A stretch of DNA of 20,000 nucleotides, from the IMG/VR virus record IMGVR_UViG_3300009151_004315, positions 58,316 through 78,315 of that record; one strand, given 5' to 3'. Below are positions 7,785-15,105 of this stretch, piece by piece (positions within the stretch are counted from its first letter, which is position 1; each line of letters begins with the position of its first letter). Origin of the DNA: an uncultured virus (IMG/VR IMGVR_UViG_3300009151_004315). Taxonomy: Duplodnaviria > Heunggongvirae > Uroviricota > Caudoviricetes. The notes beneath the pieces were generated by a model. The model ran no database searches, had not been told where the DNA came from, and saw only the letters and a program-made list of their open reading frames with translations. The position numbers and the translations under genes were made by a program.

Positions 7785-10502
7785 TTACCCGAAGCTGAAC
7801 AAATCATCAAATGTACTATTAGTATCTGTACTACTACGAATATCCCAACCAAGTACGCCCAGTAAGTTATCAATCTTCTCATCAACCAATGTTTGTTCCA
7901 TTGCTTGGTCATCAAAAGGTAACTCGGTGAACCATTTTGGTAATCGTAATTCGTCAACCGGATATGCAACTGAAGTGAAGCCTAATGGATTGGGTTTAAG
8001 TTTACATACTACTACCTTCATACCATCAATAATCTTTTGACTATAGTTATCGCTATTCACTCTACGCAAGTAGTTGTAATTCAATGCCGCTCTTACGTGT
8101 CCGGGCATATTAGCACGACCTGTACTGCTCTTGGCTTCTAAGTCACCGTACATTGTAAGTTTATTAACACCTTTGGGTGAGCCTTTAGTCCAACTGTCTT
8201 GTGCAGTTAATACACGTTTAAAGTCTTTGATAGCTTCAATGACCTCGTCACGACCTTTACCTTGTTGCAGAACCATTTGCAATACATTCATTAAGAATTC
8301 TTGTATGTATTTAGGAGTATCAGCACGTTTCAAGTCAAGACCCATAGCTTTGATATCACCAAGCTTACCATCTTTGTCTTTACGCTTACCTTCTTTGTCA
8401 AAGATGTTAATAGCATAACGCTTCTTAACCATAAAGATAGCACGATCACCAATCAGTTCACGACCAGCTTTGATAATTTCACCATTCTTTCTTGGAGCGT
8501 GAAACGCCTTCTCCATAAATGATGGGAAACTTTCATTAGCTTGGTCTGCGATACTATCGTATAGTCCGATACAGAGTTCTTTGTCCCATACCAATTCACC
8601 TTTATCAATCTGTGGCTTGAGTGTGGGATAAGCTGTGAAGTAACAACTATCAGTATCACCATATACAATTGCATTTCCTTCGTGTGAATACGTACCTTCA
8701 ACTGATTCATTGATAGTACTCATCATATGCCGAACAATCTGACGACCACTTAGTGTAACACTTTGACCTATGCGCTTATCATAGAATCTGCAATGTTCAT
8801 TTAACAATGCACCATATGCCGAGTTCAATAAAATCTTACGAACAAGTTGTCGCTTGTCCCAATATTCTCTATCCTCAGTCGTAGTTGACTCTTTGAGTTT
8901 CTTCTGCATTTCTTTACGGTCTGAGTACCAGCGTGTTAGTAGACCAGGAACAATACCTTCTTTTTCATAAGTAAAGATTGTACCATTAGCACTTAACATC
9001 CAAGGCTTGTGACTGTCGAATATCATCTTCCAGACTTCTGCCGCACTCATTTCTTCAGTACGACCATCTTCAAAGTCAACTATAAGCATAGTACCACGTT
9101 CTTGATTCATAACCGCAGTATATTCTAATGCACCAAACAAATTCTCCCATAGTATAGCACCAGTCACATCATCGTCACCTTCTTTATAGCGTTTCTTCTC
9201 ACTGGCTAGTCGAAGGCCTTTGTCTTTCATGTACTGGTCTGTGATTGTCTGTCTGATTTGAGCAACGATGGTTTCACCACCCATGTTGAGGCTACGAATA
9301 ACCGAGGGATAGAGCGAGTTAATGTCGACGGCTCCGACATATTCATGCATGCCTCTTTTCGGCGTAGCAACAAAGGCACCTGCTGCCTGCTGGATTTCTT
9401 CTTCATTTTCAACCTTTCGTTTTTTATCTGGAACAACTAAGCCACGTTCGTGTGCTTCATTAAAAATTGCCATCTCAATCATTGCCACTGAACCCATAAC
9501 TGTTGGAAGCAGTACTGTGTTCTCATGTGCAAGTTGATTAGCTAATTCTAAAAACTTTAGTTTGTTGTGAATCTTCACCAACAACATTGTATCTTGTCTG
9601 TTGTATTCAATGAACTTTTTAAAGTCTTTGTTATACAGTTGGTCAAGCGTGCCTTCATATTGTGTTTTGTTTTCACCTACTTCCATCTCACCGATACTAT
9701 CAAGTTTATAACTATGGCGTGATTCATAGTTATACTTTTTGTACAACTGTAGATAGTCCAAGTGAATACGACCTACTAAGTCATAAGTTGTTTCACTCTT
9801 ACCGAATCGTTCATACTCTCTAGCTTTAGGAAGTTGACCCATCAAGCAAAACTTGCGTGTGTCATCTTTACTCATCACCCTAGTAACACGATTGACCATA
9901 TAGGGAATATCATAGCCCTCTGAGTTCCAACCAGTCAATACATCAGCATCTTCAATAAGTTGAAAAAAAACATCAAACATTTCCTTTTCTGTTTTGAAAA
10001 GCATTGTGTTTTCAAATCCACCAGCGATTTCTAATGCGGTTTCACTAGACATATGTTTGGGAGCAATTACTAACGTAATACATTGGTCTAGCCAATCTAA
10101 GTAACAACTGATAGCAGTTACAGGATTGAATGGATCACTAGTAGGACTGAAACCTTTATCTGGATCAAAGTCTACCTCAATGTCAAAGAAACAAGTATGA
10201 AGTTTAGGAGCGTCAACTTTTAAATAGTTTTCACTTAGACAACGGAAGACAACATTGATATCACTTTCAAATAATTTCTTACCTGAATGAATGCGTCTTT
10301 CTTTTTCAAACTCTTGTCGTTTGCGTGTACTGAAACGACTGACTGGGTCACCATAGATACTACGATGCTTACCTTTATTATTAGGATAATATAATACATA
10401 GTTAGTAGGATACTCTTTATACTCTCGTTTACCTTGAGGTGACCGTTCTACTACATAGATGCGATCCTCATCTTTACTGTGAATGGCATCCACATAACTC
10501 AA
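7785..10502 (-). CDS. Family B DNA polymerase with 3'-5' exonuclease
   Basis: Exonuclease motifs FFDIEVD, GWNSEGYDIPY and YNRQD; polymerase motifs VDINSLYPS, KILLNSAYG, YGDTDS and KKRY. Confidence 0.97.
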   Translation of the reverse strand: MSYVDAIHSKDEDRIYVVERSPQGKREYKEYPTNYVLYYPNNKGKHRSIYGDPVSRFSTRKRQEFEKERRIHSGKKLFESDINVVFRCLSENYLKVDAPKLHTCFFDIEVDFDPDKGFSPTSDPFNPVTAISCYLDWLDQCITLVIAPKHMSSETALEIAGGFENTMLFKTEKEMFDVFFQLIEDADVLTGWNSEGYDIPYMVNRVTRVMSKDDTRKFCLMGQLPKAREYERFGKSETTYDLVGRIHLDYLQLYKKYNYESRHSYKLDSIGEMEVGENKTQYEGTLDQLYNKDFKKFIEYNRQDTMLLVKIHNKLKFLELANQLAHENTVLLPTVMGSVAMIEMAIFNEAHERGLVVPDKKRKVENEEEIQQAAGAFVATPKRGMHEYVGAVDINSLYPSVIRSLNMGGETIVAQIRQTITDQYMKDKGLRLASEKKRYKEGDDDVTGAILWENLFGALEYTAVMNQERGTMLIVDFEDGRTEEMSAAEVWKMIFDSHKPWMLSANGTIFTYEKEGIVPGLLTRWYSDRKEMQKKLKESTTTEDREYWDKRQLVRKILLNSAYGALLNEHCRFYDKRIGQSVTLSGRQIVRHMMSTINESVEGTYSHEGNAIVYGDTDSCYFTAYPTLKPQIDKGELVWDKELCIGLYDSIADQANESFPSFMEKAFHAPRKNGEIIKAGRELIGDRAIFMVKKRYAINIFDKEGKRKDKDGKLGDIKAMGLDLKRADTPKYIQEFLMNVLQMVLQQGKGRDEVIEAIKDFKRVLTAQDSWTKGSPKGVNKLTMYGDLEAKSSTGRANMPGHVRAALNYNYLRRVNSDNYSQKIIDGMKVVVCKLKPNPLGFTSVAYPVDELRLPKWFTELPFDDQAMEQTLVDEKIDNLLGVLGWDIRSSTDTNSTFDDLFSFG

Positions 10503-10765
10503 AGTGTTTTCCCTACAGTTTCTAGGATCGTATTGAGTTCATCATGGTCTTTGTTAGTCTGACCGAGACTTGCTTTGTGAGCAATTTTAATTGCTTTTTT
10601 TAATGTACTAGCTTTGATTTCAAGTTCCTCGGCAACCGCTTTTACTGTATCCGAAAGTCCACCATTCAATGTATCAATCTCATGTAGGACTGTCATACCT
10701 TCATTAATTAATTGTGTAAGTTTAATCTTAGCTTCACCATTAAACGTTCTATTATAATCTGACAT
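10499..10765 (-). CDS. Small helical DNA-binding protein (T4 DsbA/GapR-like)
   Basis: 88-aa helical protein with the pattern I..L...LSD.VKAVAEELEIK...LKKAIKI. Has an AAGGAG SD and is coupled to the polymerase gene. Confidence 0.45.
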   Translation of the reverse strand: MSDYNRTFNGEAKIKLTQLINEGMTVLHEIDTLNGGLSDTVKAVAEELEIKASTLKKAIKIAHKASLGQTNKDHDELNTILETVGKTL

Positions 10766-10788
10766 AGTTTCTCCTTAAATAATTAGTT

Positions 10789-10817
10789 AGTATACTTGAG
10801 TTGCGTAGAGAAGTCAA
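10789..10817 (-). promoter_or_regulatory. Sigma70-like promoter
   Basis: TTGACT (10817-10812), 17-nt spacer, TATACT (10794-10789). Overlapped by the 8-bp inverted repeat ATACTTGA/TCAAGTAT (10792-10821). Confidence 0.7.
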
Positions 10818-11410
10818 GTATTTTGTTTACCTTGTACAATCTTCTTGACCAAAGTATGTAGTCCTGGATTGACATGTAATGCATGTGGCATCAATTCATT
10901 ACGAACATAGTTACGCATATAGCGTGAGTTTTTGTTTGATTCATCTTCAAGCCAGGGTACGTTATGACTCTCACACCAATAGATAAACTCCTGTTTGCGT
11001 GTAGTTAAGAATGGTCTGATTACATTGTTGCGTGTTAATGGAATAACTTTGGGTGTACCATGTAAGCTTGACCAAATATATGTTTCAACACAATCATCTA
11101 AGTGATGACAAGTGATGACTGGCCCAAGACCACTTAAAAAATCATAACGTTCTCTACGCCAGTATTCTTCTTGACTTTCTTTACTACCCTTTTGACTTCG
11201 TGGTGATCCATATAGCATTGGGATATTATTATCACTGCAATATCTGGAAACAAATTGTGAGGCTTTTTCACCGTTTTGTGTTCTGTGATTAAAATGGGCA
11301 ATCGTTACTTCGTGCTTGCGACTTAAAAAGTCAACTACTGCCATGCTATCTACACCACCGCTACAAGCGACTGTGATACTTTTGGGTAATGGAACTGTTA
11401 GCTTAATCAT
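10814..11410 (-). CDS. tilS: tRNA(Ile)-lysidine synthetase-like protein, catalytic domain only
   Basis: ACSGGVDS PP-loop, HFNH, RRERY, TCHHLDDCVET, RPFL and EDESN...RNYVR. Confidence 0.85.
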   Translation of the reverse strand: MIKLTVPLPKSITVACSGGVDSMAVVDFLSRKHEVTIAHFNHRTQNGEKASQFVSRYCSDNNIPMLYGSPRSQKGSKESQEEYWRRERYDFLSGLGPVITCHHLDDCVETYIWSSLHGTPKVIPLTRNNVIRPFLTTRKQEFIYWCESHNVPWLEDESNKNSRYMRNYVRNELMPHALHVNPGLHTLVKKIVQGKQNT

Positions 11411-11416
11411 CTATAC

Positions 11417-11445
11417 ATTATAGCATATAATGATTTGTTTAGCAA
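11417..11445 (-). promoter_or_regulatory. Sigma70-like promoter, probably giving a leaderless tilS mRNA
   Basis: TTGCTA (11445-11440), 17-nt spacer, TGcTATAAT (-10 at 11422-11417). ATG follows after 6 nt with no SD. Confidence 0.65.
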
Positions 11446-11462
11446 CGATTATGGATAGTTGG

Positions 11463-12416
11463 TTAACCGTAGGCTGCGGCTGCTAATTGGGTTCTAGCAG
11501 TACCTACACCAGTAGTGTCACTAGCAACTACACCTGTATTACTTACTAGATTGGTTGTTGATACTGCAACAGTTGTAGTACCATAACCAAATATAGCGTT
11601 ATCAGTACCATAACCAGCGGCAGCTAGGTTATACCTAGCTGTACCTACACCAGTGGTGTCAGTGGCCACTACGCCTGTATTACTTACTAGATTAGTTATG
11701 GCTGTTCTACCAGCACCTCCGCTGGTAGTACCAAATCCAAATATAGCTTTATCTGTGCCGTATCCGGCAGCCGCCAAGGCATTTCTAGCAGTACCTACAC
11801 CTGTGGTGTCTGTGGCTACAACACCGGCGTTACTTACTAGGTTAGTCACGGCTGTGGATGCACTATTGTCAAGTCCGTAACCAAATACAGCTTTGTCAGT
11901 GCTGTACCTTGCGGCTGCCAGGTTAACTCTGGCAGTACCTACACCTGTGGTATCTGTGGCCACTACTCCTGTATTACTTACTAGATTAGTCATTGATACT
12001 CTGGCAAAAGAAGAATTATCTCCATACCCAAATATAGCTTTATCTGTACCATAACCAGCAGCCGCCAACGAATATCTAGCAGTACCAACACCTGTGGTGT
12101 CAGTGGCTACAACACCAGCGTTACTTACTAGATTAGTCATGGATACAACGGTGCTGCCATCAGTAGTCCCGTAACCAAATATAGCTTTATCTGTGCCATA
12201 GCCTGCGGCTGCTGGTCCGAATCTAGCAGTACCTACTCCTGCAGTATCAGTTGCTACTACACCTGTGTTTGATACTAAATTGGTCATTGACACACCGGCA
12301 AAAGTAGGATTACCTACATATCCATAACCAAATATAGCTTTATTACCACTCGGTCCGGGAGAAACAGTACATCCAGCACCAGTAAATGTTATACCACCTG
12401 TTATTGTAATTGACAT
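11463..12416 (-). CDS. Six-repeat (about 49 aa) probable beta-propeller protein, paralog A
   Basis: Six copies of KAIFGYG-x(n)-TNLVSNTGVVATDTTGVGTARxxLAAAGYGTD after a short MSITITGGITF leader. Confidence 0.8.
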   Translation of the reverse strand: MSITITGGITFTGAGCTVSPGPSGNKAIFGYGYVGNPTFAGVSMTNLVSNTGVVATDTAGVGTARFGPAAAGYGTDKAIFGYGTTDGSTVVSMTNLVSNAGVVATDTTGVGTARYSLAAAGYGTDKAIFGYGDNSSFARVSMTNLVSNTGVVATDTTGVGTARVNLAAARYSTDKAVFGYGLDNSASTAVTNLVSNAGVVATDTTGVGTARNALAAAGYGTDKAIFGFGTTSGGAGRTAITNLVSNTGVVATDTTGVGTARYNLAAAGYGTDNAIFGYGTTTVAVSTTNLVSNTGVVASDTTGVGTARTQLAAAAYG

Positions 12417-12425
12417 GTTATTCCT

Positions 12426-12995
12426 TTATTGAAAGATATGATGATTCTGTTCCCCGTATATCTTAATATATTTACCAGCAAGCATATCTGCCATTGCTTC
12501 TATTGGACTACCTGGATAACTATCACCCGGATCAATCATATCTAATTCACCTTGACGGACATGTACCAATTCGTGGAATACTGTGCGTAGTATATCTACT
12601 AGGTTACGATTTTTAGCATATACCCAAATACTATCATCACCCATTTTATGTCCTCCAGTATGATGATTATTTTGTGCTTCATCAGTATCCATACTGAGTT
12701 CAATACGTGGTTTGTTTTTTAGATGTAATCGTTTACATGCCCAATCACAGAACTTATCAACTTCTTGTTGTAGTTCACTACTATCACCCTCGTCTAGTTT
12801 ATTCTTAATCCAACTATCCGGACTACGATGGAATTTCTTTACGAACAAGTCATGTAGTGCTTTACCAGTGATACTATGTTTGCTAGCAATTCTTCGCATC
12901 AATTTATCAATGGTATTATAATCGTGCTTTTCCAAACTAGGCAATTTTCTTGCTAGTTCTTTTGCGGCTGATTCGTATAGTTCTATTGATTTCAT
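12426..12995 (-). CDS. Zincin-like (HExxH) metallopeptidase-domain protein
   Basis: LRTVFHELVHVRQ followed by SPIEAMAD. Likely start MKSIELYE at 12995, just after an ATAAATA motif. Confidence 0.65.
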   Translation of the reverse strand: MKSIELYESAAKELARKLPSLEKHDYNTIDKLMRRIASKHSITGKALHDLFVKKFHRSPDSWIKNKLDEGDSSELQQEVDKFCDWACKRLHLKNKPRIELSMDTDEAQNNHHTGGHKMGDDSIWVYAKNRNLVDILRTVFHELVHVRQGELDMIDPGDSYPGSPIEAMADMLAGKYIKIYGEQNHHIFQ

Positions 12996-13000
12996 ATTAG

Positions 13001-13008
13001 TATTTATG
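13001..13008 (-). promoter_or_regulatory. Late-promoter-like CATAAATA
   Basis: Near match to T4 late TATAAATA, 5 nt before ATG 12995. Confidence 0.45.
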
Positions 13009-13098
13009 CTCACTTTTGATTTCACAGTAGCGAATTGTTACATCAGGCCAGCAGCCGGCCCACACTTTATAACGCAAAGGTCCTAAGGTAGTGTGTTC
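13009..13098 (-). ncRNA. Candidate structured RNA element (three stems plus possible pseudoknot)
   Basis: GC-richer intergenic island. Stems: CACACT/AGTGTG, GGCC/GGCC and TGAT..ACA/TGT..ATCA. Loop TTCGCT is complementary to downstream AGTGAG. Confidence 0.45.
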
Positions 13099-13911
13099 TT
13101 AATCATTCGTTTTACATTTAGCACGTTTACTATTAGTTAATAGACCGTAATCTACTGGCCATTCTTTACCAGGCTGTAATTCTTTAGCATTAGCAGGGAA
13201 ATGATACTTTACACCTGCATATTCTTGTATCTGTGCTAATGGTGCACGAAATTGTGTTAAATCATTACCCAAGTTAACATATGGTTTCTTATGTGGGAAT
13301 TGCCATCCAGCAACTTCTTTTGTAGTATTATTAATTACAATCTTGTAGTACCCATGAGGCACAACTACTCCGTTACCAATCTTCTCATTGCTAGGTCCAT
13401 AGTATGCACCTACATAGATAGTAAACGGTTGCTTTAATTGTACTGCCCAGCCACGAATACTTGTTTCTAATAGTTTCCATATACCACGATTTAAACTACC
13501 ATGTTGCGGATACATATTGGTCATTAAGAAACTTTCGTATTCTACAATTTGACTATAACTTAAATCACCATCTGGTGCGGCATGACCTTTGTCATAACCT
13601 GTAGCTACATAATCATCAGGCTTTGCACCATCTTTAATACTAGCATCAGCAACAAAAGCGTTTGTACGTGGGAAACATCCTAATGCGTTTTCTGGTTTTA
13701 ATGTATATGCTACATAGACTGGAATCTTAGCAGGAGCATCATATGCTACAAGATATGCTTCACGGCATATAGGTTGTGATGGTCTTTGTGTTTGTGCGAA
13801 TCCATATGGACTATGTACTTGACATTGTTGTGGTGGTAATGGTATACGTTGATCCCAAGCAAAGGCATTTATTGATAGCATTACTGCTAGTATTGTTAAT
13901 AGTTTTTTCAT
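13099..13911 (-). CDS. DNA/RNA non-specific endonuclease (NucA/EndoG family) with signal peptide
   Basis: GYDKGHAAP, SFLMTNMYPQ...LNRGIWKLLE and VPHGYYK motifs. N-terminal MKKLLTILAVMLSINAFA is a Sec-type signal. Confidence 0.9.
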   Translation of the reverse strand: MKKLLTILAVMLSINAFAWDQRIPLPPQQCQVHSPYGFAQTQRPSQPICREAYLVAYDAPAKIPVYVAYTLKPENALGCFPRTNAFVADASIKDGAKPDDYVATGYDKGHAAPDGDLSYSQIVEYESFLMTNMYPQHGSLNRGIWKLLETSIRGWAVQLKQPFTIYVGAYYGPSNEKIGNGVVVPHGYYKIVINNTTKEVAGWQFPHKKPYVNLGNDLTQFRAPLAQIQEYAGVKYHFPANAKELQPGKEWPVDYGLLTNSKRAKCKTND

Positions 13912-15104
13912 AATAATATATTTTTGTAATCAACGAAATTTGCATGTCTATCTTCTAGACCTTTGCCGGCAGGGTTAATTTTTTGTGTTACTGCTTTTGT
14001 ATCGTTGAAGTTATTTATACTAGGTTTGACACGTGTTTGCCAATACCATACAGCAATTTTGGCTGCAACGTCTGGTCGTTCTGCTAATTCAGGTTGTTGT
14101 AGTAGAGGAATATTTAATGCTGTTTGTGCCATGCGATAATTATCACGACCAGTCAATTGAATGAATCCACGACCATGGTATTTTTCACCATCTCCGGGTT
14201 GTTTGTTACCTAGTATTTTAGCAGTACGTGGTGCAAACTTAGGATCATATTTTTTAGCAAAATAGTTTGGACCCATGCTTTTTTCTTTTAACCTACTGAA
14301 GTTCCAAGATTCATGTTTAGTTTGACCCATAAGTTGTGCCAATTCAGTGCCAACAATGCCGGCTTGTCTAGCAGTTTTTTGCATCATTGTTTCTTCTTGT
14401 GGATTATTACTTAGTGTGGTTATATTGTTTGCTACAGCTTTAGGTTCAGGTTGTGCCGGTTCATCTTGTTTATTTTGTGAATTATAATTACCTATCATAC
14501 TACCCACTGTAGCGGCACCTAAACTACCTAGTGCAAATCCCCTGCGAGATATATCGTCAGCTATTATGTTACGATTCTTTACTTTGCTAATCTCAATACT
14601 GATTGGTGTATTGGTAGTCATTGCCCTAAAGATTTTTTCAGTTTCACCCTGACCTGGTTTAAGTTTTGCTGATATTATGTTGAATCGTAACCTATTCTTT
14701 TTAACACCAATGAACTCTCCTATTAATACTTCATAGTTAGGATAGTTAGGTGACAAATCCACTTTGGGATTTTCTTGTTCTTCTAAATAAAATACATCTT
14801 CATCCGGTGATGTTTGTAATGTTGGATGTGCTGTTAATACAATATATGCATTTTCACCATGATTATCTTTTTGCTTAGACATTGCTACTCCTAAATCAGG
14901 AGTTCTAACTACAAAAGTAATATATGGCATTTTTATTAGTTCATGTCCACGTTTAGTTTCTAATTTATGTAATACTCGAAGGACTTTTTCTATAGGAATA
15001 TTACGTTTTGAACCGTCACTTCTATCATTAATGAAGTGTTTGCTCACAACTAAATATCCGTCTGCAAAGGGTATTTCTTTATTAATAAATTCTGTTGCTC
15101 TCAT
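13908..15104 (-). CDS. Multidomain protein with C-terminal GH19 chitinase/lysozyme-like (peptidoglycan hydrolase) domain
   Basis: QTKHES, YHGRGFIQLTGRDNY, AVWYW and VTQKINP motifs. N-terminal MRATEFI peptide and internal SRRGF motif. Confidence 0.85.
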   Translation of the reverse strand: MRATEFINKEIPFADGYLVVSKHFINDRSDGSKRNIPIEKVLRVLHKLETKRGHELIKMPYITFVVRTPDLGVAMSKQKDNHGENAYIVLTAHPTLQTSPDEDVFYLEEQENPKVDLSPNYPNYEVLIGEFIGVKKNRLRFNIISAKLKPGQGETEKIFRAMTTNTPISIEISKVKNRNIIADDISRRGFALGSLGAATVGSMIGNYNSQNKQDEPAQPEPKAVANNITTLSNNPQEETMMQKTARQAGIVGTELAQLMGQTKHESWNFSRLKEKSMGPNYFAKKYDPKFAPRTAKILGNKQPGDGEKYHGRGFIQLTGRDNYRMAQTALNIPLLQQPELAERPDVAAKIAVWYWQTRVKPSINNFNDTKAVTQKINPAGKGLEDRHANFVDYKNILL

Positions 15105-15105
15105 A

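Noticed and set aside
9000..9260. Extra segment after motif A in the DNA polymerase as an intein or intron
   Set aside because: No C/S...HN splice motifs or endonuclease motifs, and the frame is continuous. It looks like a lineage-specific insertion.
4716..9436. Alternative-frame minus-strand ORFs 4716-4904, 7643-7969, 8453-8710 and 9227-9436
   Set aside because: They overlap stronger genes in other frames and lack protein-like features.
13018..13047. CTGATG...GAAA as a hammerhead ribozyme core
   Set aside because: The sequence is CTGATGT rather than CUGAUGA, and the required stem I/III arrangement is not evident.
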